The notes beneath the pieces were generated by a model. It was not told the origin of the DNA and did not search any database. It saw only the letters and a list, made by a program, of their open reading frames with translations. The translations under genes were made by a program, and so were the position numbers. Below, one piece after another: positions 8,441 through 20,634 of a stretch of 64,000 nt of DNA (position 1 is its first letter; the number at the start of each line of letters is the position of its first letter). The stretch is taken from NCBI GenBank assembly GCA_044892505.1, contig CM097882.1, positions 312,356,001 through 312,420,000 on the forward strand. Direction: 5' to 3'. This DNA is from Schmidtea nova (Eukaryota).

Positions 8441-8795
8441 ATAATTATATATATATATAAATATTTGCTTTTTAAACTCTGTAAATAAAAATTAAAGTAA
8501 ATATTTTGTAAAGTAATTTTTGTATTAAATATCCAATCTTTTTAATCTGATAAATTGTCTTTGAGAGTTATTAAATTGGGAGACCAAGTATTCTGCAACG
8601 TATGTCACTTATTCTAGACTTATCAACTTCAAAAGAATACAGTCGCAAAGCTGGATGACGAAATCCAAAGAACCAGAAACTTCCATTCAGATTGAACAAT
8701 TATATTTTGACTGTGATTGTTTAGGGACTAATCCATGTTGATTAGATAATCTGTAAAAAAAATATGTCAAACTTGTTATATTTAATAAATGTTTA

Positions 8796-8850
8796 TTATC
8801 ACGTCTGCCTAACACGCAGAAGGTCCCCGGTTCGATCCCGGGTCGAACCA
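8796..8850 (+). pseudogene. tRNA-Val(AAC) 3' fragment (nt 19-73)
   Basis: Same junction as 753. Confidence 0.93.
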
Positions 8851-9030
8851 AATTTTTCTCAATTCATTATTTGACTTTTATTATATTTGCAACTCTTTTT
8901 TTATTTCATAACGCAATTTTGTTGTTGAATTCTCTACTTTGTACATAAATTTTATTCAAGTGAATTCAGTACATTTTGTCAAGGTAATTCGAAAATCAAA
9001 CATGCACAACAATTGTTAGTTGAAACTGTC

Positions 9031-9103
9031 GGTTCGATGGTGTAGCGGTTATCACGTCTGCCTAACACGCAGAAGGTCCCCGGTTCGATCCCGGGTCGAA
9101 CCA
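9031..9103 (+). tRNA. tRNA-Val(AAC)
   Basis: Identical to 988-1060. Confidence 0.96.
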
Positions 9104-9283
9104 AATTTTTCTCAATTCATTATTTGACTTTTATTATATTTGCAACTCTTTTTTTAATTCATAACGCAATTTTGTTGTTGAATTCTCTACTTTGTACATA
9201 AATTTTATTCAAGTGAATTCAGTACATTTTGTCAAGGTAATTCGAAAATCAAACATGCACAACAATTGTTAGTTGAAACTGTC

Positions 9284-9356
9284 GGTTCGATGGTGTAGCG
9301 GTTATCACGTCTGCCTAACACGCAGAAGGTCCCCGGTTCGATCCCGGGTCGAACCA
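9284..9356 (+). tRNA. tRNA-Val(AAC)
   Basis: Identical to 988-1060. Confidence 0.96.
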
Positions 9357-9536
9357 AATTTTTCTCAATTCATTATTTGACTTTTATTATATTTGCAACT
9401 CTTTTTTTAATTCATAACGCAATTTTGTTGTTGAATTCTCTACTTTGTACATAAATTTTATTCAAGTGAATTCAGTACATTTTGTCAAGGTAATTCGAAA
9501 ATCAAACATGCACAACAATTGTTAGTTGAAACTGTC

Positions 9537-9609
9537 GGTTCGATGGTGTAGCGGTTATCACGTCTGCCTAACACGCAGAAGGTCCCCGGTTCGATCCCGG
9601 GTCGAACCA
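9537..9609 (+). tRNA. tRNA-Val(AAC)
   Basis: Identical to 988-1060. Confidence 0.96.
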
Positions 9610-9789
9610 AATTTTTCTCAATTCATTATTTGACTTTTATTATATTTGCAACTCTTTTTTTAATTCATAACGCAATTTTGTTGTTGAATTCTCTACTTTG
9701 TACATAAATTTTATTCAAGTGAATTCAGTACATTTTGTCAAGGTAATTCGAAAATCAAACATGCACAACAATTGTTAGTTGAAACTGTC

Positions 9790-9862
9790 GGTTCGATGGT
9801 GTAGCGGTTATCACGTCTGCCTAACACGCAGAAGGTCCCCGGTTCGATCCCGGGTCGAACCA
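9790..9862 (+). tRNA. tRNA-Val(AAC)
   Basis: Identical to 988-1060. Confidence 0.96.
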
Positions 9863-10042
9863 AATTTTTCTCAATTCATTATTTGACTTTTATTATATTT
9901 GCAACTCTTTTTTTAATTCATAACGCAATTTTGTTGTTGAATTCTCTACTTTGTACATAAATTTTATTCAAGTGAATTCAGTACATTTTGTCAAGGTAAT
10001 TCGAAAATCAAACATGCACAACAATTGTTAGTTGAAACTGTC

Positions 10043-10115
10043 GGTTCGATGGTGTAGCGGTTATCACGTCTGCCTAACACGCAGAAGGTCCCCGGTTCGA
10101 TCCCGGGTCGAACCA
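10043..10115 (+). tRNA. tRNA-Val(AAC)
   Basis: Identical to 988-1060. Confidence 0.96.
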
Positions 10116-10223
10116 AATTTTTCTCAATTCATTATTTGACTTTTATTATATTTGCAACTCTTTTTTTAAGTGTTGATATATATATTGTAAATTTTAACGA
10201 TTGATAAATTCTTTCAAGGTTCG

Positions 10224-12857
10224 ATGACTCAATCACCTGCTGCTCAGTCAACTGCTGCTGATGTGATGACTCAGTCTATTGGAAATCAGTCAACTGTGAC
10301 GAAGAAATATGAATTAGAAAACATTCTCAAGTATCAAATTTCCAGTTTGCAATGTTTTCAATCGATTTTGGATTATTTTTCGCAACTAAATGGTGGAAAT
10401 CTCGCTACTGCCTCAGTTCTTTCTGATGCGAATGCAAGTCAACGGAGTTCTTTCGATCAAGGATCTAAAATTTCTCAAAACCAATCTGATAATATGCCAC
10501 TTTCTTATGCTGATATTGAGACTAAATTCACTAAATCAAAGGATTTACTGATTGTCAAGCGCCTGGATTCATTGGAGTCTCAATTTATGAATATGGCTGA
10601 AAAGTTAGATTATTTGGTTTCTTTTTTTAATGGCTCTGTTGATGATTTATCAGATTTTCCTAAAGTAAATGAAAATAATTTAAATAATAATCCTTTCAAT
10701 AAAAATAAAGTTTTTGATATCAAAGATAAATTAATTGTAAATAATGTAGTTTTAGATAAATCAAATATTTCAGAATTTATTGAAAATAATATTGCTAAAA
10801 TTCCTAATAGTTTAATTGATGTAAATAATAAAATGTGTAATTCAAATAATAAATTTCTAAATAACCCTAATAAAGAGAATGTTAAACATTTTAATAATCC
10901 CAAAGAAACATCTTCAATTGATTTGACTAACGATAAAATTATGCCAAATGAAAACATAGAAATAATTATTAAAAATAATAAAAAATCTGTTAAAATTATA
11001 GAACCTAATAAAACAACTAAACAGAAGTATGATAAATTTGAATTTAAAAATCTGGTTCGTATTTTAACGAAAAGGGAACGCCAGAAAATCTTGAATGCCT
11101 TCCCTGCTTTAATACAACTAATTAAAAAGAAAGAATCACAGAGTAAATATTTTGAAATTAATAAATTTCTTTCGAGCAAAGATTTTAATGTGAATCACTT
11201 GAATTTAATTAATTTTGATTATTTTTTCTATAGAAATTGTAATCTTTGTGTATCTTTAAAATTGAACAACGCTCCTGTCATTTCATCAGCACCAAAACCT
11301 GTTGTTTTAAAATCTATTAAATTAATTGACCATAATATCGTCAAAATAAATTCTGAAATCCCTGACTTTGTTCGAGCTCCAATGTCAATTCGAAGATTTT
11401 TATTCAATCTTTCGCACGATCTTTCAAACACTGTTTCCATCAAGGATGAGAAACACAGGGGAAATAAAATAAATAACATTCTTACTTCAATGAAACATAA
11501 ACAACAATTACCAGATTATTTAATAAAATCAAACATTAAATACGAAAATGGTGAATTCTTATTATTAGATTTGACTAACGATAAAATCAAATTGAACGAC
11601 GATAATAACTTGATAAAATCAAATTTTTCTGAACTTACTAGAAGTCAGATTAAAAATCTTTACTATTCTTATCCTTCTCTTAAGGAAGTTTGTTTCGTTG
11701 AAAATCTTGAAACAAGATCATCATCCGTTAGTAAAATTATCGAATCTTTAAAGTTAATTAATGAATTTCCAAAAAATATCATTTTTAAAGAGGGTAAATT
11801 TTATCAGTCTGATAAAAGAACAATCTCACCTAGTAGTTCTCCTGACATAATGTTCAACCTAGGTCTTTTTAATTTGGCTAGTATGAGTAGAAAAGATTGT
11901 GAATTAAAATCCATTTTAGAGAAGACTGGTTGTGACTTTAAAATAGTTGAAATAATATTCTACCTCAACTATTTAGGCTTGACTCAATCTTTAGAATTTT
12001 GCAAAAATCAAACTTATTCCGATTATGTGAGGAATTACGTCTGTAATTGCTGCTTGATAAACTCACTCTGTAGTATTGCTGATGTTGATTCGCTTTCATC
12101 TGAAGATTTTGAGGGTTGGGCGACCGAAATTGTTCAGAAAATCCCAGTTTCTTCCTATTACTTCAATAGCTGCCAGGAAAAGCTTTTAAAGCTGAAGCAA
12201 TGGGACATTTCAACTAAAATCAAAAGAATCCATAACGTTATTTCACCTGAAATAATATCTTATTTAAATAACTTTCTTGACTCTGTAGACGTAAAATTTT
12301 CATCTAAGTCTCAACAACATAATATTCTAATTAAATTAATGAAAGCTATCAATGACATTAAAATTTTTGATGACATACACGGAAATAAAGCAAAAAGACT
12401 TGTTTACTTTTTGCTAAGAGATGCCAAGAAATATTTGAATAAAAATCAACGATTCAGATTATTTGAATCGAGCAATAAATATTGCACTTCAGAGATGGAG
12501 AATATAATTTCAGTAATAATTGAGAACCTTACCAAAGTTACTGACCATGAAGTTACTACTCCTGAAATCACAGTTGAAGAAACGCCAATTGAAATAACTT
12601 GTGATCCTGAACCTATCGTCTTGATTAAGGAAATAAACTGTTTAAAATGTAACAATATCATCGAAAAATGCATTCTTGTTAGAGATGGAACAAACGTCAA
12701 CATCTGTGAAAGCTGTCTATTTGACGCAATTACCTTTGAAAAGCCGATTCCTGAAGCTACTAATTCGGATATCGAAGAAAATATAGAAACAAATTGTAAG
12801 AAATCTTGTCCAAGACCTAGAAAAACAGACAAGAAAACATCAACCAAAGCAAAATGA
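10224..12857 (+). CDS. ORF1 protein (877 aa)
   Basis: Near-identical to the copy 1 ORF1. Confidence 0.88.
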   Translation: MTQSPAAQSTAADVMTQSIGNQSTVTKKYELENILKYQISSLQCFQSILDYFSQLNGGNLATASVLSDANASQRSSFDQGSKISQNQSDNMPLSYADIETKFTKSKDLLIVKRLDSLESQFMNMAEKLDYLVSFFNGSVDDLSDFPKVNENNLNNNPFNKNKVFDIKDKLIVNNVVLDKSNISEFIENNIAKIPNSLIDVNNKMCNSNNKFLNNPNKENVKHFNNPKETSSIDLTNDKIMPNENIEIIIKNNKKSVKIIEPNKTTKQKYDKFEFKNLVRILTKRERQKILNAFPALIQLIKKKESQSKYFEINKFLSSKDFNVNHLNLINFDYFFYRNCNLCVSLKLNNAPVISSAPKPVVLKSIKLIDHNIVKINSEIPDFVRAPMSIRRFLFNLSHDLSNTVSIKDEKHRGNKINNILTSMKHKQQLPDYLIKSNIKYENGEFLLLDLTNDKIKLNDDNNLIKSNFSELTRSQIKNLYYSYPSLKEVCFVENLETRSSSVSKIIESLKLINEFPKNIIFKEGKFYQSDKRTISPSSSPDIMFNLGLFNLASMSRKDCELKSILEKTGCDFKIVEIIFYLNYLGLTQSLEFCKNQTYSDYVRNYVCNCCLINSLCSIADVDSLSSEDFEGWATEIVQKIPVSSYYFNSCQEKLLKLKQWDISTKIKRIHNVISPEIISYLNNFLDSVDVKFSSKSQQHNILIKLMKAINDIKIFDDIHGNKAKRLVYFLLRDAKKYLNKNQRFRLFESSNKYCTSEMENIISVIIENLTKVTDHEVTTPEITVEETPIEITCDPEPIVLIKEINCLKCNNIIEKCILVRDGTNVNICESCLFDAITFEKPIPEATNSDIEENIETNCKKSCPRPRKTDKKTSTKAK

Positions 12858-12863
12858 AGATGT

Positions 12864-15800
12864 GTGCCTGCATCAGCTCAATCGTCTGCCATTCCCTCTA
12901 ATGAGACTGATGCAGAGAGCACAACTAAAAATAATATTTCAACTATCGACAATCGTGATCCTGAAGTGTGGTTTTCTGATAATGATATTGATTGGTATCT
13001 TGAAAACCACATTGATAATCCAATGCATGGATATATTAAATGCTTTATAGTAAATATCATCTGTTCTAACATCACAGAAGATATTGTTGAAATTCCACCA
13101 TCTATTAGCAATGCTGAAATTGTATTTTGTCCACTCAACATTAACAATTCGCACTGGATTCTTTTTGTTTATAGTAAGAAAATGTTATCTTCTTACTTTA
13201 TTGACCCAATCCTTGCAAACAGACAAAAGCCAATCAATAAACAAATGGCTCAGAGAATTAACCTAAAACTGAATAGATTTTTTAATCTAAATATATCTGT
13301 GTCCCGACATCCACACAAACATCTTGAATATCAAAATAACAGCTTTGATTGTGGCCCATTTACGTGTGCTTATGCTGTGATTATCAGTAAAGATTTGAAC
13401 AGCTTTCCAAATGGGTTCATAGAGAAAATTCGTACCAGTGTGCATGAAAATCAAAATCGTATGCAAATAACCGAATCCACCTTATTCGCTGGTACTAACT
13501 CCAAGATGGACATGACCAAAATAAATATCAAGAAAGCCCTTGCAAAAAAGAAAGTCATCACCAACACCTCAGATATGACCAAAGTATTGAACACTCAAAA
13601 ACCGTGTGTGTCATCAATAATTAGTAAATATTACGAAAGTAATTCTAAAATAACAGTCTTATCTGCCGAACTAACTTTAAACCTAATTGCACAAAATACC
13701 TCCTTCATAGCTGATAATGTCACTTTCAAGCAGTTCAAAGGAATCGATCATGTTATAAGTATCATTCCTAAATTTAACGATTGGTGTCTCTTTGTCTATT
13801 CGAATAAACTTGACAGGAGCTACATGTTCGACTTCAATTATCGAAACATTGATGAAAGGCTAATTGAAATTGGTGAAAAGATAACTGAATATCTGAATCA
13901 ATTCACTCTTGTTTCTAAAATAAAATTCACACCTCATCATAGAATTTCTCATCCAACATTTCATTCTTACGATGATCAATATTTTGCAAGTTCTTTTATT
14001 GTATTTTTTGAGAAACTTGTCTTTGAAAGAATACTGGACAATGATAAGGTTTATGACTCATTAAGTGCTCTAAAATATCAGTCTTGTAAAGATCTTTCTC
14101 CTAGCTTAAGTTTCATTAATGGTAAAATATCCGACAAAATTATTGAGGAATATTTTGCTAGCCTAAACTTATCGACCAAATATATTCTTCTAAACACAAC
14201 AATGTGTACTGCGCTTTCAGATGATTGCACTGAATACTTGAAAGACTTTGTAAACATTGAGTGCATGATGAAGGCTACTATAATCTTTGTAATCATTTCT
14301 CCTCCAAGAGCCAACGACTTGCTCATGGTTATTGATTACGACGCTGATGAGCACTATTTATTAAGCCCAGTCACTAATGACTTGTTCGTTATGACTGAAG
14401 GATTCTGCTATAAATTACTAATTAAAATTAATGAGATTAGAGAGAGCACAGGTCGTTCCTTGAAATCGCGTAATTGTCGACATGACGTTAAAGGTTCTGG
14501 CTTATTTAGTAGGTTATTAATCTGTGCCTTTATTAAATATTATGCATTTGACCGATCTCTAGAAAATATCAATCTTCATGAAATTGGCAAAATTATCTAC
14601 TCACTTGTGCCATTAGTTGATAAAAATGATAATGCTGAGGAAGAAAGACGACTAAAATCAAAAGCTGTAAACTCTTTAAAACTAAATTTAAAACAGCGAA
14701 TAGAAAAAGCCAATAATCTTATAATTTCACTTGAACACGCCAGTATTGATGAAATCATAAGTGGCATTCTTTCAAATATTCCTCGTCTTAAAGATTTGAA
14801 CACCGATCACATTCGTACACCATATTTAGGTACTAAAGTAGAAAAAGCTAGAAAATTCAAAAATTCCACTGAATTTCTGTCAAACATGAAAAAGACTGTG
14901 TATAGGATTTTGGGTAACAACACAGAATCAATTGCACCTCCTTTTCAGGAAATTATTGACACTTTCAGTCATCCTGATACATTACCTAGAAATTGGGAAA
15001 ACATCTTTAAATTCACTAAGAGTTCTAAATTTAGTCTTGAATTAAATCCAATGACACCTAAAGAAATCCTTTCAAGTCTTTGCAAAGCTGACAACACTTC
15101 TCCAGGTCTTGATAATGTTTGTTATAAAGATCTTTTGCTATTAGACCCTGAATGTAAATTGCTAGCTTTTCTGTACAATAAAATCCTAAAATTAGACATT
15201 ATTCCTACAAGTTGGAAATCATTTAAAACCATACTAATCCCTAAACCAGATAAAAATGGCCAATATCATAAAATATATTCTTGGCGACCAATTGCCTTAT
15301 TATCTGTCATTTACAAAGTCTTCGCTTCAGTTTTGGCAAATCGTCTAAGCTTATGGATAAGAAATAATTCCATGTTACACATTGGCCAAAAGGGTGGTTC
15401 GGAGTACGAAGGATGTATTGAACACAACTCTATTCTTTCTGCTATCGTCGAACATTCAAAATACAGCAAGTCTTCACCTTTAACAATAGCTTGGCTAGAC
15501 ATCAAAGATGCCTTCGGAAGTGTTCCACATGACTACATGTGGACACTGTTAAAACACATAAATGTTAGTGATAGGTTTGTAGGAATTTTAAAACTGCTCT
15601 ATACTGATACAAGCTCGTTTTATTGTTGCAATAAAATGCAGACACCGGATATTCCAATAAAGAAAGGAGTTAAACAAGGTTGTCCGATCTCAATGATATT
15701 GTTTGCAATAGCTATTAACCCAGTACTTGAGTCTATTAATCTATCAAACGTTAATCCTTTTACGATTGGAACATCTCCGGTACAGGTGTTGGCTTATGCG

Positions 15801-17474
15801 GATGATATCGCACTTATCGCGACAAATACCTCTGATCTGCAAATACTCATAAACGTTGCTGTAAACACCGCTAAAACAATTGGATTTGAATATCGTCCAG
15901 AAAAGTGCGCTTATATGCAATACCCTAAAATAGAAACTGTAAGCGAGATTTCTGTCAACAATGTTCTTATAAAAAAGATTGCAACAAATGAATTTTACCA
16001 ATACTTGGGAGTACCAATAGGTGACAATAATGACCAAAGTCCCTATGAAATTCTAAGCAAAGTAATTGAAGACACAAAGAAAATAGCAAATTCTGATCTT
16101 TACGGCTGGCAAAAACTTAAAGCGTATAAGGTCTTTCTGCATTCTCGCTTGATTTTTCCATTTAGAACTAGGGAAATCAAAACAAGTTCTTTAGCTGATT
16201 CGAGTAAAAATTCAAAATTAAATGTAAATAATACGAGTATTTTGAGGAGTCATCTTAGAAAAATATTGCACTTGCCACACTACTCTGAGATTAGCTATTT
16301 TTATAATTCTACTGAAAACGGCGGTGCAGGCTGCATAGACTTACTTGACGAGTATCATACACAGACAATCGTGTACTTTTTCCGCTTGTTAACATCAACG
16401 TGCGAATATTCGAAAAAGATAAATACTGACTCGCTTTTATTTGTCACAAGTCCGAGACTCGGAATCAAAAATCCAGTTCTTAAACAAAGTTTAGAATGGA
16501 TAAATGGAAAAGAGAGCAAGAAAAACAACAGTGGTTGCAAAACTCGATTTTATCGGTTGCGATCATCCATTGCTTACTTTTCTAAAGTTCACAACATTAA
16601 ATTGTTATTTGAAACAGTGAAAGGGAATCCTTCTATCCGTATAACCACTACACTTAAGGGAACACGTATATTATTACCAACATTAAGAAAAGCATTGTCA
16701 ATGATTTTACATTCAGCTCTCCAGGATTCGTATCTCGAGAAATGGGAGAATAGCAACCATAATAATCTGCTTGTATCTGCGATTAAACTCTGTCCACTTG
16801 TCAACAAGCTTATTTTCCGCAGTGATTTGACAGAATTTGAATGGAGATTCGTCCATTGAGCAAGAACGAATACATTATCAATATTTGCGAAGCCATATAA
16901 AACTGGCGAAAATCGTCTTTGTCGTAGATGTAAGCTTGAAGACGAGACTTTATCACACGTTCTTCAAACTTGTAAAATGAACAAATCTTTGGCAACTAGT
17001 CGACATAACGCTTGCTTAGAAAAAATAAAAAGCGAGTTGAAAGATCCAAACTTGTTAGTTGTTGCGGATCATAAATGTTCCCTAGTACCGACATCAACTG
17101 AACGCGTTGATTTAATAATAACCAATAATGATAAAAAGACCATATTATTGGTAGACATGAAATGCCCAATCGATTCGGTGCCCAACTTTGACTTGGCTGA
17201 TAAAAAAAACATAGAAAAGTATGATAAACTAAAATCGGAAATTAAAATAGCCAAACCCGATTATAAAGTTGAGTTGTTTACCTGCATCATAGGCTCATTA
17301 GGATCCATTGAAATTAAAACACCTGATCTTTTAGTAAAAATGGGCGTAAAAGAAAATAAAGTAAAACGTCTGATGAAAGAGTGTGCAATTAGCAATATTG
17401 CGCACTCGGCCAAAATTTGGTACTTTCATACCAATGGCTTTCTTCCAGATAATATAAGACAAACTTTTAAATAA
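12864..17474 (+). pseudogene. ORF2 with premature stop (CGA>TGA at 16857) before the CCHC/endonuclease
   Basis: CATTGAGCA here vs CATCGAGCA in other copies; frame continues to 17474. Confidence 0.88.
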
Positions 17475-17831
17475 ATAATTATATATATATATATAAATAT
17501 TTGCTTTTTAAACTCTGTAAATAAAAATTAAAGTAAATATTTTGTAAAGTAATTTTTGTATTAAATATCCAATCTTTTTAATCTGATAAATTGTCTTTGA
17601 GAGTTATTAAATTGGGAGACCAAGTATTCTGCAACGTATGTCACTTATTCTAGACTTATCAACTTCAAAAGAATACAGTCGCAAAGCTGGATGACGAAAT
17701 CCAAAGAACCAGAAACTTCCATTCAGATTGAACAATTATATTTTGACTGTGATTGTTTAGGGACTAATCCATGTTGATTAGATAATCTGTAAAAAAAATA
17801 TGTCAAACTTGTTATATTTAATAAATGTTTA

Positions 17832-17886
17832 TTATCACGTCTGCCTAACACGCAGAAGGTCCCCGGTTCGATCCCGGGTCGAACCA
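17832..17886 (+). pseudogene. tRNA-Val(AAC) 3' fragment (nt 19-73)
   Basis: Same junction; no intact tRNA before the next element. Confidence 0.93.
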
Positions 17887-17994
17887 AATTTTTCTCAATT
17901 CATTATTTGACTTTTATTATATTTGCAACTCTTTTTTTAAGTGTTGATATATATATTGTAAATTTTAACGATTGATAAATTCTTTCAAGGTTCG

Positions 17995-20628
17995 ATGACT
18001 CAATCACCTGCTGCTCAGTCAACTGCTGCTGATGTGATGACTCAGTCTATTGGAAATCAGTCAACTGTGACGAAGAAATATGAATTAGAAAACATTCTCA
18101 AGTATCAAATTTCCAGTTTGCAATGTTTTCAATCGATTTTGGATTATTTTTCGCAACTAAATGGTGGAAATCTCGCTACTGCCTCAGTTCTTTCTGATGC
18201 GAATGCAAGTCAACGGAGTTCTTTCGATCAAGGATCTAAAATTTCTCAAAACCAATCTGATAATATGCCACTTTCTTATGCTGATATTGAGACTAAATTC
18301 ACTAAATCAAAGGATTTACTGATTGTCAAGCGCCTGGATTCATTGGAGTCTCAATTTATGAATATGGCTGAAAAGTTAGATTATTTGGTTTCTTTTTTTA
18401 ATGGCTCTGTTGATGATTTATCAGATTTTCCTAAAGTAAATGAAAATAATTTAAATAATAATCCTTTCAATAAAAATAAAGTTTTTGATATCAAAGATAA
18501 ATTAATTGTAAATAATGTAGTTTTAGATAAATCAAATATTTCAGAATTTATTGAAAATAATATTGCTAAAATTCCTAATAGTTTAATTGATGTAAATAAT
18601 AAAATGTGTAATTCAAATAATAAATTTCTAAATAACCCTAATAAAGAGAATGTTAAACATTTTAATAATCCCAAAGAAACATCTTCAATTGATTTGACTA
18701 ACGATAAAATTATGCCAAATGAAAACATAGAAATAATTATTAAAAATAATAAAAAATCTGTTAAAATTATAGAACCTAATAAAACAACTAAACAGAAGTA
18801 TGATAAATTTGAATTTAAAAATCTGGTTCGTATTTTAACGAAAAGGGAACGCCAGAAAATCTTGAATGCCTTCCCTGCTTTAATACAACTAATTAAAAAG
18901 AAAGAATCACAGAGTAAATATTTTGAAATTAATAAATTTCTTTCGAGCAAAGATTTTAATGTGAATCACTTGAATTTAAATAATTTTGATTATTTTTTCT
19001 ATAGAAATTGTAATCTTTGTGTATCTTTAAAATTGAACAACGCTCCTGTCATTTTATCAGCACCAAAACCTGTTGTTTTAAAAACTATTAAATTAATTGA
19101 CCATAATATCGTCAAAATAAATTCTGAAATCCCTGACTTTGTTCGAGCTCCAATGTCAATTCGAAGATTTTTATTCAATCTTTCGCACGATCTTTCAAAC
19201 ACTGTTTCCATCAAGGATGAGAAACACAGGGGAAATAAAATAAATAACATTCTTACTTCAATGAAACATAAACAACAATTACCAGATTATTTAATAAAAT
19301 CAAACATTAAATACGAAAATGGTGAGTTCTTATTATTAGATTTGACTAACGATAAAATCAAATTGAACGACGATAATAACTTGATAAAATCAAATTTTTC
19401 TGAACTTACTAGAAGTCAGATTAAAAATCTTTACTATTCTTATCCTTCTCTTAAGGAAGTTTGTTTCGTTGAAAATCTTGAAACAAGATCATCATCCGTT
19501 AGTAAAATTATCGAATCTTTAAAGTTAATTAATGAATTTCCAAAAAATATCATTTTTAAAGAGGGTAAATTTTATCAGTCTGATAAAAGAACAATCTCAC
19601 CTAGTAGTTCTCCTGACATAATGTTCAACCTTGGTCTTTTTAATTTGGCTAGTATGAGTAGAAAAGATTGTGAATTAAAATCCATTTTAGAGAAGACTGG
19701 TTGTGACTTTAAAATAGTTGAAATAATATTCTACCTCAACTATTTAGGCTTGACTCAATCTTTAGAATTTTGCAAAAATCAAACTTATTCTGATTATGTG
19801 AGGAATTACGTCTGTAATTGCTGCTTGATAAACTCACTCTGTAGTATTGCTGATGTTGATTCGCTTTCATCTGAAGATTTTGAGGGTTGGGCGACCGAAA
19901 TTGTTCAGAAAATCCCAGTTTCTTCCTATTACTTCAATAGCTGCCAGGAAAAGCTTTTAAAGCTGAAGCAATGGGACATTTCAACTAAAATCAAAAGAAT
20001 CCATAACGTTATTTCACCTGAAATAATATCTTATTTAAATAACTTTCTTGACTCTGTAGACGTAAAATTTCCATCTAAGTCTCAACAACATAATATTCTA
20101 ATTAAATTAATGAAAGCTATCAATGACATTAAAATTTTTGATGACATACACGGAAATAAAGCAAAAAGACTTGTTTACTTTTTGCTAAGAGATGCCAAGA
20201 AATATTTGAATAAAAATCAACGATTCAGATTATTTGAATCGAGCAATAAATATTGCACTTCAGAGATGGAGAATATAATTTCAGTAATAATTGAGAACCT
20301 TACCAAAGTTACTGACCATGAAGTTACTACTCCTGAAATCACAGTTGAAGAAACGCCAATTGAAATAACTTGTGATCCTGAACCTATCGTCTTGATTAAG
20401 GAAATAAACTGTTTAAAATGTAACAATATCATCGAAAAATGCATTCTTGTTAGAGATGGAACAAACGTCAACATCTGTGAAAGCTGTCTATTTGACGCAA
20501 TTACCTTTGAAAAGCCGATTCCTGAAGCTACTAATTCGGATACCGAAGAAAATATGGAAACAAATAGTAAGAAATCTTGTCCAAGACCTAGAAAAACAGA
20601 CAAGAAAACATCAACCAAAGCGAAATGA
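17995..20628 (+). CDS. ORF1 protein (877 aa)
   Basis: Near-identical to the copy 1 ORF1. Confidence 0.88.
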   Translation: MTQSPAAQSTAADVMTQSIGNQSTVTKKYELENILKYQISSLQCFQSILDYFSQLNGGNLATASVLSDANASQRSSFDQGSKISQNQSDNMPLSYADIETKFTKSKDLLIVKRLDSLESQFMNMAEKLDYLVSFFNGSVDDLSDFPKVNENNLNNNPFNKNKVFDIKDKLIVNNVVLDKSNISEFIENNIAKIPNSLIDVNNKMCNSNNKFLNNPNKENVKHFNNPKETSSIDLTNDKIMPNENIEIIIKNNKKSVKIIEPNKTTKQKYDKFEFKNLVRILTKRERQKILNAFPALIQLIKKKESQSKYFEINKFLSSKDFNVNHLNLNNFDYFFYRNCNLCVSLKLNNAPVILSAPKPVVLKTIKLIDHNIVKINSEIPDFVRAPMSIRRFLFNLSHDLSNTVSIKDEKHRGNKINNILTSMKHKQQLPDYLIKSNIKYENGEFLLLDLTNDKIKLNDDNNLIKSNFSELTRSQIKNLYYSYPSLKEVCFVENLETRSSSVSKIIESLKLINEFPKNIIFKEGKFYQSDKRTISPSSSPDIMFNLGLFNLASMSRKDCELKSILEKTGCDFKIVEIIFYLNYLGLTQSLEFCKNQTYSDYVRNYVCNCCLINSLCSIADVDSLSSEDFEGWATEIVQKIPVSSYYFNSCQEKLLKLKQWDISTKIKRIHNVISPEIISYLNNFLDSVDVKFPSKSQQHNILIKLMKAINDIKIFDDIHGNKAKRLVYFLLRDAKKYLNKNQRFRLFESSNKYCTSEMENIISVIIENLTKVTDHEVTTPEITVEETPIEITCDPEPIVLIKEINCLKCNNIIEKCILVRDGTNVNICESCLFDAITFEKPIPEATNSDTEENMETNSKKSCPRPRKTDKKTSTKAK

Positions 20629-20634
20629 AGATGT

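Larger units (their letters stand above)
1178..8795 (+). mobile_element. Retrotransposon copy 1 (5' junction type A), ORFs intact
   Basis: ORF1+ORF2+3' UTR; 5' junction at AATTC microhomology (1173-1177); 3' junction at tRNA nt 19. Confidence 0.95.
8796..10169 (+). repeat. 253-bp tRNA-Val tandem array segment (1 fragment + 5 intact genes)
   Basis: tRNA starts at 9031, 9284, 9537, 9790, 10043. Confidence 0.95.
10170..17831 (+). mobile_element. Retrotransposon copy 2 (5' junction type B), ORF2 nonsense allele
   Basis: 54-nt leader GTGTTGATATAT..; 3' junction at tRNA nt 19. Confidence 0.95.
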
